Below, in pieces: positions 39,741 through 50,000 of a stretch of 64,000 nucleotides of DNA; the first letter of the stretch is position 1; every line of letters starts with the position of its first letter. Where the stretch lies: positions 137,635 through 201,634 of the forward strand of contig DCVK01000021.1 in the NCBI GenBank assembly GCA_002335385.1. The letters run 5' to 3'. The notes beneath the pieces are model-generated. The model was not told the origin of the DNA. It ran no database searches and saw nothing but the letters and a program-made list of their open reading frames with translations. A program made the translations under genes and the position numbers. This DNA is from Candidatus Aminicenantes bacterium UBA2190 (lineage in GTDB: Bacteria > Acidobacteriota > Aminicenantia > UBA2199).

Positions 39741-40412
39741 ATGAATTTCAAAAAAATGCTTTTCATCTGGTTATTGCTGTTCCCGCTGGCACTGAGCGCG
39801 GATATTTTATCGGGCGCGCGCCTGGGCTTTCAGCAGGGGCATCTGCTTTCGCGGCTGGATTTTTCCTGGAACCTGTCGCCATACAGCATCGCCGACATGC
39901 AGCGTGCCCAGGGCGGCATTTTCCTGTCGCTCCGGCTGGGAGATCATTTCGCCATCCGACCGGAATTGAACTTCACGCAAAAAGGGGTGCACGTCCGCTC
40001 TGGGGGGGCGCAGATCCCTCCGTCCGAGGAAACGCGGCGCTTTGAATTTGTCGAATTTCCGGTCAATGTTCATTTCTACCCCTTGGGAAAAAGGGGCGTT
40101 GTGACCCCGTCGTTCTTCGCCGGTCCCTACGCTGCCGCCCGGATTGGCTGGCGAATGACCGTCAACGGCAGAGAAGTTGACGTGCCCTCTTTTCTGGCCC
40201 ATTCTTTCGATCTGGGCATGATGGCGGGCATCGCCTTGGCCGCGAAAACCGGAGCCGGACGTCTCCATTGCGAGTTGCGGTATTCTCATGGGCTTAGCAA
40301 TTTTTTGGAGGACCCATGGTACGGCAGTCATCCCGAATCGACGACCATTAAAACGCGTTCCCTGGCCCTGCTGTTCGGCTTCAGCCTGCCGCTGGGCAAG
40401 AATTGGCAATAA
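39741..40412 (+). CDS. outer-membrane beta-barrel protein (OmpA-like 8-strand / porin family)
   Basis: Signal peptide, amphipathic strands, and aromatic-rich C-terminus. Confidence 0.55.
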   Translation: MNFKKMLFIWLLLFPLALSADILSGARLGFQQGHLLSRLDFSWNLSPYSIADMQRAQGGIFLSLRLGDHFAIRPELNFTQKGVHVRSGGAQIPPSEETRRFEFVEFPVNVHFYPLGKRGVVTPSFFAGPYAAARIGWRMTVNGREVDVPSFLAHSFDLGMMAGIALAAKTGAGRLHCELRYSHGLSNFLEDPWYGSHPESTTIKTRSLALLFGFSLPLGKNWQ

Positions 40413-40786
40413 AGAAAGAGTATGCGGGGGCGATTCCCGGGAATCGCCCCGTTTCCTGACGAGGATTACCTTGAAGATCAAACAGTTCGCGGCGCTTGCG
40501 TTTTGGCTGGTCTTTTTTACAGCGACTAGGTTGAAAACGAGGTATAGATTTCTGGCAACGCATCGATGGGCTTTTCAGCCAGTGGTCGGTTAAAAAAACA
40601 GTAAAAGTTCGCTGTGAGTGCAATTGCCCCATCAACTCATCTGTCCAGCAAGGAATGCGCGCTCTCCTGGATTGGGTCATTTGGCCATGGCGGCTTGGGG
40701 TTTGCTGCTTCCTTCCCACTGTCCACTGTAAACCGTCCCTGAGGACCTGTTTGCCATTTCCCGAAATTGCTGGTAAAATCGACCTT

Positions 40787-41599
40787 ATGAAGACGTTTTT
40801 CAAGGTCGACGATCTGGAAATCAGCGATGAGAAGCTTTTCCTGATCGCCGGGCCCTGCGTTATCGAGGACGAGGGGCTGACCCGCGAGATCGCCGCCGAG
40901 GCCCGGAAGATCACCGCTGAATTGGGCATCCCCTACATCTTCAAGGCCTCTTTCGACAAGGCCAACCGTTCCTCCGCCGGCTCGGCCCGCGGTCCGGGCA
41001 TCGAAAAGGGGCTGCCGGTGCTGGAGCGCATCAAGGCCGATTACGCTCTCCCCGTCCTCTCCGACATCCACGAGCCCTGGCAGGCCGCCGAAGTCGCCCA
41101 TGTCCTCTCTGTCATCCAGATCCCGGCCTTCCTCAGCCGCCAGACCGACCTGCTGCTGGCCGCCGCGCGCACCGGCCTGCCGCTGAACATCAAGAAGAGC
41201 CAGATGATGAGCCCGGCCGACATCCGCCTGGCGGTCGACAAGGTCGCCGGCGCCGACAATTCCCGCGTCATGCTCACCGAGCGCGGCACCTTTTTCGGCT
41301 ACAACAGCCTGGTGGTCGACTTCCGCTCCATCCCGCTGATGAAGGAGAGCGGCTGCCCGGTGGTCATGGACGCCACCCACGCGGTGCAGCGCCCCAGCGC
41401 CGCCGCCGGCGTCTCGGGCGGCGATCCGCGCTTCATCCCGCTGCTGGCTGCCGCCGGCGTCACCTCCGGCGCCAACGGCGTTTTTCTCGAGGTGCATCCC
41501 CGTCCCGAGCAGGCCCTCTCGGATGGCCGGAATTCCCTGCCCCTGGGCGATCTCCGCCCCCTTTTAATCCGCCTGCAGAAGTTGTATAATCTCGCTTGA
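40787..41599 (+). CDS. kdsA: 3-deoxy-8-phosphooctulonate (KDO-8-P) synthase
   Basis: LIAGPCVIE and the KASFDKANRSS motif. About 270 aa. The ORF-track N-terminal extension lacks an RBS and conservation. Confidence 0.9.
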   Translation: MKTFFKVDDLEISDEKLFLIAGPCVIEDEGLTREIAAEARKITAELGIPYIFKASFDKANRSSAGSARGPGIEKGLPVLERIKADYALPVLSDIHEPWQAAEVAHVLSVIQIPAFLSRQTDLLLAAARTGLPLNIKKSQMMSPADIRLAVDKVAGADNSRVMLTERGTFFGYNSLVVDFRSIPLMKESGCPVVMDATHAVQRPSAAAGVSGGDPRFIPLLAAAGVTSGANGVFLEVHPRPEQALSDGRNSLPLGDLRPLLIRLQKLYNLA

Positions 41600-42558
41600 T
41601 GGGCAGTATTGAGACGGGAAAAAAGGTTCTGCAGACCGAAGCCAATGCCATTTTAAAAGCCCTCAACCGCATCGACCGGCAGTTCGAAACCGCCGTCGAC
41701 ATCCTCTTCCGCTGCCGCGGCCAGATCGTCGTCACCGGCATGGGCAAGTCGGGCCTGGTCGGGCGCAAGATCGCCGCCACTCTGACCTCGACCGGCAGCC
41801 CGGCCGTCTTCCTGCACCCGGCCGAGGCCATCCACGGCGACATCGGCATCATCCACCCCGAGGACGCGGTCCTCGTCCTCTCCACCTCCGGGGAGACCGG
41901 CGAGGTCACCCGCATGCTCGACTACATCAAGCGCCTGGGCATCAAGCTGATCGCCCTGGTCGGCAACCCGCGCTCGACCCTGGCGCGCCAGAGCGACGTC
42001 TTCATTGACTGCAGCGTCGAGAAAGAGGCCTGCCCGATCGGGCTTGTGCCCTCGGCCTCCTCCACGCTGGCCCTGGCCGTGGGCGACGCCCTCTCCATCG
42101 CGTTGATGGAGAAGCGCGGCTTCAGCGAGGAGGATTTCCGCTACTTCCACCCCGGGGGCCAGATCGGCAAGAAGCTGCTCAAGGTCAAGCATCTGATGCA
42201 CAGGGGCCGGCAGCTGCCCATCGCCGACGTCGCCGCGCGCATGAAGGGCGTGATCGGCACCATCAACGAAAAGAAATTCGGCGTGGCCATCGTGGTCCGC
42301 GATCGCGACCGCGTGGCCGGCATCATCACTGACGGCGACCTGCGCCGCCTTTTTTTAAAGGGAACGGACTTTTCCAAGGCCCGGGCCTCGTCCTGCATGA
42401 CCGCCGGGCCGCTGTGCATCAGCGAGGAAAAGATGGCCGTCGAGGCCCTGAAGATCATGGAAGACCGGGCGGTGACCTCGCTGATCGTCGTCGACGACAG
42501 GAACCGGCTGCGCGGACTGCTGCACCTGCACGACCTATGGAGAACGGAGATGATATGA
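41596..42558 (+). CDS. kdsD: arabinose-5-phosphate isomerase (KdsD/KpsF), SIS + tandem CBS
   Basis: VVTGMGKSG SIS motif and C-terminal CBS pair. Overlaps kdsA. Confidence 0.85.
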   Translation: MMGSIETGKKVLQTEANAILKALNRIDRQFETAVDILFRCRGQIVVTGMGKSGLVGRKIAATLTSTGSPAVFLHPAEAIHGDIGIIHPEDAVLVLSTSGETGEVTRMLDYIKRLGIKLIALVGNPRSTLARQSDVFIDCSVEKEACPIGLVPSASSTLALAVGDALSIALMEKRGFSEEDFRYFHPGGQIGKKLLKVKHLMHRGRQLPIADVAARMKGVIGTINEKKFGVAIVVRDRDRVAGIITDGDLRRLFLKGTDFSKARASSCMTAGPLCISEEKMAVEALKIMEDRAVTSLIVVDDRNRLRGLLHLHDLWRTEMI

Positions 42559-43118
42559 TGGACCAGAAAGAGTTGGCCAAGAAGATCAAGCTGATCATCA
42601 TGGACGTGGATGGGACCCTGTCGGACGGGCGCTTTTTCATGATGCCCAACGGCCAGTCGATCAAGTCCTTCGACGTCAAGGACGGCACCGGGGTCATTTT
42701 CGCCCGCCTGGCCGGCATCAAGACGGCGATCATCACCGGCAAGACCTCCAAGCAGGTCAAGAAGCGGGCCGAGGAGCTGCAGGTCGACGAGTACTACGAA
42801 GGGGTCTACAACAAGACCATCCCGTTCTTCGAGCTGCTGAAAAAATACAATCTGGAAAAAGAGGAAGTGGCCTATATCGGCGACGACATCGGCGACGCGG
42901 AAGTGATGGGCATGGTCGGCTTTGCCGCCGCCGTCGGCGACGCCCATCCCCTGATCAAGCGCGTCTCCCATTACATTGCCAAGCGCTACGGCGGCCGCGG
43001 CGCCGTGCGCGAGGTCATCGACTTCATCCTCGACGTCCAGGAGCAGTGGACGTCCATCTTCGCCGAGCTGAAGAAATCGAACGATTGGGAGGAGATCTTC
43101 AAGGAGATCAATTCTTAA
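42555..43118 (+). CDS. kdsC: KDO-8-phosphate phosphatase (HAD superfamily, KdsC)
   Basis: IIMDVDGTLSDG HAD motif I, GDDIGD motif. Overlaps the kdsD stop. Confidence 0.8.
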   Translation: MMDQKELAKKIKLIIMDVDGTLSDGRFFMMPNGQSIKSFDVKDGTGVIFARLAGIKTAIITGKTSKQVKKRAEELQVDEYYEGVYNKTIPFFELLKKYNLEKEEVAYIGDDIGDAEVMGMVGFAAAVGDAHPLIKRVSHYIAKRYGGRGAVREVIDFILDVQEQWTSIFAELKKSNDWEEIFKEINS

Positions 43119-43147
43119 GACGGTATCCGGTGCACGGTTGACGGTGA

Positions 43148-43336
43148 ATAAGGCAAAAGGTAAAAGTAAGAGACGAAGCACCAAATTCCAAGCACCAAAC
43201 AACAAATAATTTCCAAATCCCAAATTCCAATGTCCAAAACGAGAGCCCTTTCAGTTTCTTTTCTTTGTTTGGGTCATTGAATCATTGGCATTTGGTGCTT
43301 ATTTGGGATTTGGTGCTTGTGATTTGGAATTTTAAT
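43148..43336. repeat. B-type tandem-repeat hairpin element (copy 2), preceded by an AAGGCAAAAGGTAAAAG module
   Basis: Same architecture as 29090-29243: ACCAAAT/TCCAAAT units, core CCAATGTCCAAAACGAGAGCCCTTT, loop, TTTCTTTGTTTGGGTCATTG, and inverted units. Again at a convergent gene junction. Confidence 0.65.
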
Positions 43337-43370
43337 TCTTACAATATCTTCCTCTATCGTAGACCGTGAC

Positions 43371-44270
43371 TTACTTCTTTTGCTTCTCCATAAGGTTTGT
43401 TCCCAAATCCTTGATTAGCGCCGCCATCTCCTCGCCCTGGCCCAAGCCGCCCCAAACAAGCTCTCCCTGCATGGATACCCGGACCGGGCCGTTGTAGGGG
43501 TCGTTGATCACCAGGTTCCCCGGCCGGATTTCCGTGGCGGCGCCTTCCTTGTCCAGCCGGGCCCAGCGCTGCAGCCTGGCGCGGGCTTTGTCCGCGCCCG
43601 CGCTGTTCATGATGAACAGTTTGAAGCGCCTGCCGTTCACTTCGTAGTCGGCGCTGAAAGCCGCGCCCAGGAAATCGTGGCCCAGGAAGTTGTCCAGGAA
43701 GTAGCGCTCGGAATGGGCGATCTTGCCGCGGACGGGGAAGGCGGCCAATGCCGCCGGCAGGGCGTTGCCGCCGTTGACGGCCTGGGCGATCCTCTCGCCA
43801 AGATGGCGCAGCGCGTCCGCCCCCGCCTCGCCGAGGTCGAAGCCGTTCAGCTTGACGTAATAGGCGTCGCTGATGAAGTTCAGTACGCCCTCCTCGATGT
43901 AGCCCTCGCTGCCCAGGGCCAGGTAATCGCCCTGCAGCGGCTTCTCCGAGCTGTAGATGGCGAAGGCGTTTTCCGGCGTGCCGTGGAAGTAGATCTCGGC
44001 CGTCAGCGCCTGCCGGCTCTCATTGACGTAGTTCTGCACGGCCAGGAGCTCGAAGCCGCAGGCCAGGAAGCTCTCGGCGGCGCCGTTGATGTGCTCGTAC
44101 AGGTTGTCGGGCCGGAACGTCCGCACGTCACCGTCCCGTGTCCAGCCCTTCAGCTCCGGGAACAAGGCGGCCATGTCCGGAGCCGCAGCCGCCAGGGGCA
44201 GCGCCGCCGCCAGCAGCGCGGCCAGCAGGATGTTCTTGCTTCTTGCTTTCATGAATCCTCTCCTTCTCAA
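43371..44270 (-). CDS. hypothetical secreted protein
   Basis: Signal peptide (LLAALLAAALPLAAAAP). No recognisable domain. Confidence 0.5.
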   Translation of the reverse strand: MRRRGFMKARSKNILLAALLAAALPLAAAAPDMAALFPELKGWTRDGDVRTFRPDNLYEHINGAAESFLACGFELLAVQNYVNESRQALTAEIYFHGTPENAFAIYSSEKPLQGDYLALGSEGYIEEGVLNFISDAYYVKLNGFDLGEAGADALRHLGERIAQAVNGGNALPAALAAFPVRGKIAHSERYFLDNFLGHDFLGAAFSADYEVNGRRFKLFIMNSAGADKARARLQRWARLDKEGAATEIRPGNLVINDPYNGPVRVSMQGELVWGGLGQGEEMAALIKDLGTNLMEKQKK

Positions 44271-44281
44271 GGGGTGCGTTC

Positions 44282-45115
44282 CTATTCCGTCAGGCTGTGC
44301 CAGACCTTCAGCGCCTTGACCGTGGCGTCCACGTCGTGGACGCGCAGGATGGCGGCGCCGTTGCGCGCGGCGACCAGGTTGGCGGCGATGGTCTCGGCCT
44401 CGCGCCTTTCCGGGGTCTTCTCGCCGCCCAGCAGGCCGAGGAACGACTTGCGCGACACCCCGACCAGCAGGGGCAGCTCGAACTCGGCGAAGCGCTTCAG
44501 GTGGCGGATGAGGGCGATGTTGTCCTCCAGGCGCTTGCCGAAGCCGATGCCCGGGTCGAGGATGATCTTTTCCTTCTTGATGCCGCGGCCCAGGGCGTAG
44601 TCGATGCGTTCCTGGAAATAGTCGGCGACCTCGGCCACGACGTCTGCATAGGAGGGGTCGCGCTGCATGGTCTCCGGCGTGCCCAGGATGTGCATCAGCA
44701 CCACCGGCACGTCCAGCTCGGCCACCACCGTGGCCATGCGCTCGCTGAAGCGCAGGGCCGAGATGTCGTTGATCATGTCGGCGCCGCCCTCCTCCACCGC
44801 CCGCTGCGCCACCTCCTCCTTGCTGGTGTCGATTGAAACCAGCACGCCCGTCTCCTCCTTGATGCGGCTGATCACGGGCAGGACGCGGTCGATCTCCTCG
44901 TCCAGGCCGATGGCGGCAGCGCCCGGGCGCGAGCTTTCGCCGCCGACGTCGATGATATCGGCCCCGGCCGCCGCCATCGCGCGCGCGTGCGCCATGGCCG
45001 CCTCGGGCTCGAAGAAGCGGCCGGCATCGGAGAACGAGTCGGGGGTGACATTGAGGATGCCCATGACCAGCGGGCCGGCCTTTTCCAGGAAGCCGTTGCG
45101 CAGGTAGAGCTTCAT
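44282..45115 (-). CDS. folP: dihydropteroate synthase
   Basis: GILNVTPDSFSDGG, DIIDVGGESSRPG, and the GVSRKS motif. The ORF track fuses this with cca through a frame artefact. Confidence 0.9.
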   Translation of the reverse strand: MKLYLRNGFLEKAGPLVMGILNVTPDSFSDAGRFFEPEAAMAHARAMAAAGADIIDVGGESSRPGAAAIGLDEEIDRVLPVISRIKEETGVLVSIDTSKEEVAQRAVEEGGADMINDISALRFSERMATVVAELDVPVVLMHILGTPETMQRDPSYADVVAEVADYFQERIDYALGRGIKKEKIILDPGIGFGKRLEDNIALIRHLKRFAEFELPLLVGVSRKSFLGLLGGEKTPERREAETIAANLVAARNGAAILRVHDVDATVKALKVWHSLTE

Positions 45116-46581
45116 TTGTTTTCGCCTCCCTTCCTTTTGCGCTCGGCGCGGAAGAGGGCCAGCCCCTGCTCGCGGGTGCGGAATGCGCCGTCCAGCTGCA
45201 GGTCGTACAGCCGTTTCAGCTGCACGCCCATCTGGCGGCCGGCGGGTACGCCCAGGGCCAGCAGGTCGCGGCCGAGGATCAGCGGCCGGATGGTCTCCTG
45301 GCTGATGCGGTATTCGTCCTTGCGGTCGGCGAACCAGCGGGCGATGGCGTCTAGTTTGCGGAAGGCGAGCGGGCGGTCCGCGCGCGAGCGGCGGTCGGCG
45401 AAATCGAGCAGCAGCAGGAGCAGGTCCTCGCCGTCCATGTCCTTGACGGCCCGGGCGACGGCCTTGAAGGTGATCTCGCCGCGGTTGCGGTAGAGCTCGA
45501 AGATGCGGTGGTGCTGCTGGATCAGCTTCAGCACGATGCGGCGCAGCGGAAAGCCCTGGCGGGTCTCGATGCGCAGCCTCTCCAGCAGGCCGTCGGCCAG
45601 CCTGACGCCGCGCGAGTCGTGGAAGGGGGAGGTGACGGTCATGCGCCCGCGCTTGAACTCCCAGGCGGTGGTGACGGCCTTGCCGCAGTCGTGCAGCAGC
45701 GCCGCCAGCAGCAGCGCCAGCGCCCGCGGCTCGTCCAGGCGCTGCTGGCGCGCCAGCTTGGCGGCGATGTCGACGGTGATCAGCGTATGCGCCCAGACCG
45801 AGTGATGGCCCTGCTCGTCGCTCTCGGGGTGAAAATGGGCGTCCTGGATGGTCAGGGCCAGGACGGCGAGTTCGGGGAAGAGCTGGTCCAGCACGGTCAG
45901 CCGGAAGTACTCCTGCAGGCCCAGCGACGGGCGCGGCGATTCCAGCAGCAGGCGCAGCAGCTCGTCGGCGACGCGCTCGGCGCTCAGCTCGCCCAGCGGC
46001 ACCTTGCGCGCCTTGGCATAGATGGCCTTGTCGACGGCGAAGGCGTGGCGGGAGGCGAAGCGGGCGGCGCGCAAGACGCGCAGCGGGTCGTCGCTGAAAC
46101 TGGCCGGCGAGGTCATGGCGATGCGCCGTCCGGCGATGGCCTGCAGCCCGCGATGGGGATCGGCGACCGCCCCGTCGGCCAGGCGCACGGCGATGGAGTT
46201 GCAGGTGAAGTCGCGCCGCCCCAGGTCCTCCTCCAGGGTGACCTCGGGGCCGGACTGCACCTCGATGTCCCTGTGGCCGTGGGCGCTGCCTTCCTTTTTC
46301 CGGTCGCGGCGCGGCAGGGCGATATCGAAGGTCCGGCCCCGGCGGCTGAACTTGATCACCGCGAAGCTCTTGCCCACGGTGTCGGTCTTGCCGTGCCCGC
46401 GCAGGCGCGACTCGACCTCGTCGTAGCCCAGCCCGGTCACCAGCAGGTCGACGTCCTGCTCGGCAACGGCCTTGCCGTAAAGGACGCGGTCGCGCACCGT
46501 GCCGCCGACGACGTAGGCGTCCCGGCCGAACACTGAGACGAAAAAATCCTTCTGGGGGAAGTCGATGCGCAGCCGCTTCAT
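45112..46581 (-). CDS. cca: CCA tRNA nucleotidyltransferase / poly(A)-polymerase family with HD domain
   Basis: GGxVRD head-domain motif (VVGGTVRD), DxD, and the HD region (LLHDCGK). ATGA-type overlap with folP. Confidence 0.8.
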   Translation of the reverse strand: MKRLRIDFPQKDFFVSVFGRDAYVVGGTVRDRVLYGKAVAEQDVDLLVTGLGYDEVESRLRGHGKTDTVGKSFAVIKFSRRGRTFDIALPRRDRKKEGSAHGHRDIEVQSGPEVTLEEDLGRRDFTCNSIAVRLADGAVADPHRGLQAIAGRRIAMTSPASFSDDPLRVLRAARFASRHAFAVDKAIYAKARKVPLGELSAERVADELLRLLLESPRPSLGLQEYFRLTVLDQLFPELAVLALTIQDAHFHPESDEQGHHSVWAHTLITVDIAAKLARQQRLDEPRALALLLAALLHDCGKAVTTAWEFKRGRMTVTSPFHDSRGVRLADGLLERLRIETRQGFPLRRIVLKLIQQHHRIFELYRNRGEITFKAVARAVKDMDGEDLLLLLLDFADRRSRADRPLAFRKLDAIARWFADRKDEYRISQETIRPLILGRDLLALGVPAGRQMGVQLKRLYDLQLDGAFRTREQGLALFRAERKRKGGENK

Positions 46582-46621
46582 TATGGCCAGATTTTAGCGG
46601 TTCCAACCGCGGAAGTCAATT

Positions 46622-46797
46622 CAGTGAAAAGTAAAAAGTGAAAGGTGAAAAGTGAGAAAAAACAGCACTTGTATGAGTTCTTGCCGCTGCATTTCATTTT
46701 TAACTTCCAATGGATTGGGCACGGCCTTCGCGAGGGGACCGCGACGCTCACCACTCCGGGGAAAAGTAAAAAGTGAAAAGTGAAAAGTGAAGAGAAA
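46622..46797. repeat. two direct copies of a GTGAAAA-heptamer array, AGTGAAAAGTAAAAAGTGAAAGGTGAAAAGTGAG
   Basis: Copies at 46622-46658 and 46760-46797 in the cca/mfd divergent region. Related modules occur at 25200-25225, 43148-43172, and 55205-55240. Confidence 0.6.
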
Positions 46798-47061
46798 ATG
46801 CAATAGTCCGGGATGACGCGGTTATTTTTACAGCCATGATGTGTCCCGCATTAGCGAACGAAACGGAGGGATCGGGTCCCGACCCGGGGAGCGCCGATGG
46901 CCGAAGGTAAAATGGCCACTGTTTGAGTCCCGCGCCAGCGGGACGAGTCGGCCATTTTAATCGGCGCGAAACGCGGTCGGTCGGTCCCGGAGTGGTGAGC
47001 GTTGCGGGACCATCAGGGCGCATTCACTGTGTCGTGCACCGGCGATCGGCTTGGTGATATA

Positions 47062-50000
47062 ATGAAGCTCATGGTGGAAACGCTTTTCAGCCCGGTTTTT
47101 TGGCAGAAACTCGACTCGCGCCGGCGCCGCATCGAGGTGGCGTCAATCGACCGCGAGGCGCGCGAGCTCGCCGTGGCCGCTGTCTTTGTCCATTTCAACG
47201 AAAGCGTCGTCTGGCTCGTCGGCGAGAACGAGCCGCTGGAGGAGAAAAAGGAGAAGCTCGCCCAGTGGCTGAAGCTCCTGGGCAACGAAGGGGCGCCGAT
47301 CCATTCCCACCTGCTCCCCTTCGAAGATCCCTACATCAACGCCGTGGCCGACCCGCGGCGCATCGCCGACAAGCAGCGCCTGCAGGTTGACATGGCCGCC
47401 GGCAGCAAGATGATCGTGCTGTCGACGCCGGCCGCCCTGTCCATCCGCCTGGAGCGGCCGGGGGGCCGGGACAAGGCGCTGCAACTGGGCGCCGGCGACC
47501 TTTGGGAGCGGGGCGAGCTGATCGAAAAGCTGACCGCCCTGGGCTACCAGGCGCGCGCCGCCGTGGAGATCGCCGGCGACCTGGCCTGGCGCGGCAACGT
47601 CCTCGACGTCTTCCCGGTCGCCGGCGAGCAGCCGGTGCGCCTGGAGTTCGAGGGGCGGCGCCTGGCCTCGCTGCGCACGTTCGACCTGGAGAGCCAGCGC
47701 TCCACCGGCACGATCGCCGCCGTGCTCGTCGGCGAGAACCGCTATGCCTCCGGGTCCGCCGGCGCGGACGCCGCCTTCCTGACCGACCTGCTCCCGGGCT
47801 GCCGGCTGCTGGCCTCCAACTGGCGGCGGCTCGAGGACGAGTACGGCAAGCTGCTGGACAATTTCCGCCGCATCCGCGAGGCGGTCGCCGGCCGCCGCGG
47901 CAAGGTGCCCGAAGTCGGCGAGCTCTTCCCGTTCCCCGTTGCCGCCCAGCGGCTGATCGACCTGGCCGACTTCGCCGCTGACCCGCGGGCTTTGCCGGAG
48001 GTCCGCGTCCTGCCCAAGGCGCTCGCCGGCCTGAACGACGACGACATCGGGGACCTGCAACGGCGTTCGGAGCATGGCTGGCGGCTGCTGGCCTTTGCCG
48101 CCGACGCGCGGCTGCTGGAGAACCTGCGCGTCCGCCTGCCGCGCCTGGAGTGCCACTTCTTCAACATCCCCTGCTCCTTCGAGAACCCGCTCCTGCGCCT
48201 GGCCTGCCTGACCGGGCGCAATTTCCTTTTGCCTGCGCGCGAGGAGCCGGCGCGCCGGGTCCCGGCGGAGGAGGAACTGCGCGAGATGGCCGAGGGCGAT
48301 TGGGTGGTCCACCGCCGCCACGGCATCGGCCGCTTCGCCGGCTTCACGCGGTTGCGCCTTGAGGGGGCGGCGGGCGAGTTCCTCAAGATCGAGTACCTGG
48401 ACCGCGAGTACCTCTATGTGCCGCTGCATGAGCTGGAGGTGCTGAAGCGCTACAGCGGCAGCGAGGGGGCGGCGCCGGCACTCGACCGCCTGGGCGGCAG
48501 GACCTGGCAGGCCAAGACCGCGCGCGCCCGCAAGGCCATCGTGCAGTACACCCGCGAACTGCTCGACCTTTACGCCATGCGCAAGTCGGTACGCAAGACC
48601 GCCCTGGCCGCGGTCCCCGAGCTGGAGGAGAAGCTGCAACAGGACTTCCGCTTCGTCGAGACCGAGGACCAGAAGCAGGCCATCGCCCGCGTGCTGGCCG
48701 ACATGGAGGCCGATTTCCCCATGGACCGCCTGGTCTGCGGCGACGTCAGCTTCGGCAAGACCGAGGTGGCGCTGCGCGCCGCCCTGCGCGCCATGGCCAA
48801 CGGCCGCCAGGCGGCCTTCCTGTGCCCGACGACCATCCTGGCCCTGCAGCACTTCCGCAACTTCGAGCGCCGCCTGGCCGCCTTCCCCCTGCGCCTGGGC
48901 ATGCTGTCGCGCCTGGTGTCGGGCGCCGGGAAGAAGCGCGTCCTGGCCGGCCTTAAAAGCGGCGCCATCGACCTGGTGGTGGGCACGCATTCCCTGCTGG
49001 CCTCCGGCGTGGAGTTCAAGCGCCTGGGGCTGTTCATCGTCGACGAGGAGCAGCGTTTCGGCGTCTTCCAGAAGGAGAAGCTCAAGAAGGGGCGCGAGAA
49101 CATCGACGTGCTGACGCTGTCGGCCACCCCCATCCCGCGCACCCTCTCCATGGCCATGTCGGGGCTGCAGGACATCTCGCTCATCCAGTCGCCGCCGCTG
49201 GGGCGCCTGGCCATCCGCAACTACGTGGGGCTGTTCTCCCGTCAGGTGGTGGTCTCGGCCGTGCTCAACGAGGTCGAGCGCGACGGCGCCGTCTTCGTCG
49301 TCCACAACAACATCGAGCACATCTTCCGCTTCCGCGACCAGCTGGCCTCCTGGCTTCCCGACGTGCCCATCGTCGTCATCCATGCCCAAATGCCGACGGC
49401 GGCGATCGAGAAGAACCTGATGGATTTCATCGCCGGCAAGTTCCGTGTCCTGCTCTCGACCACCATCATCGAGAACGGCATCGACATCCCGCGCGTCAAC
49501 ACCATGATCGTGCTGAACGCCGACCGCCTGGGGCTGACGCAGATGTACCAGCTGCGCGGCCGCATCGGCCGCAGCACCCGCCAGGCCTACGCCTACTTCC
49601 TGGTCGACGACCGCAAGGGCGGGGTGAGCGAGCTGGCCAAGAAGCGGCTCGCCGGCATCCGCGAGTTCTCCGAGCTGGGCGCCGGCTACAAGCTGGCCGA
49701 GTTCGACCTGCACCTGCGCGGCGCCGGGGCGCTGCTGGGCAACCGCCAGCACGGCCATGTCGAGGCCCTGGGCTACGACTACTTCCTGGAGCTGTTGCGC
49801 CAGACCATCCGCGGCCTCAAGGGCGACACGAGCGAGGAGCGCGAGCTCGCCTTGCGCGTCCACTTCCCCTACGCCGTCGGCGAGGACTACATCGCCGGCA
49901 CGGCCGAGCGCATCGCCGCCTACCGCCGTGTGCTGGAGGCCGGGGACGCCTTCGAGCTGCGCGCCCTGCGCGACGAGCTCGGCGACCGCTACGGCCAGAT

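Noticed and set aside
44282-46606. 774-aa minus-strand ORF
   Set aside because: Artefactual fusion. The C-terminal 277 aa are folP. Upstream, the real gene is cca in another frame (45112-46581). The Pro/Arg/Gly-rich N-terminal part is typical high-GC off-frame translation.
46622-46797. CRISPR array (short direct repeats)
   Set aside because: Repeat units are only 6-11 nt and directly tandem, with no unique spacers of regular length. No cas genes in the window.
46725-47017. RNase P RNA, tmRNA, or SRP RNA in the cca-mfd intergenic region
   Set aside because: None of the universal motifs (GGAAAGUCCGG / ACAGAAA for RNase P; GGGG...CCACCA with a tag ORF for tmRNA; the SRP domain IV GGAA loop) are present. 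Kept only as an uncharacterised structured candidate.
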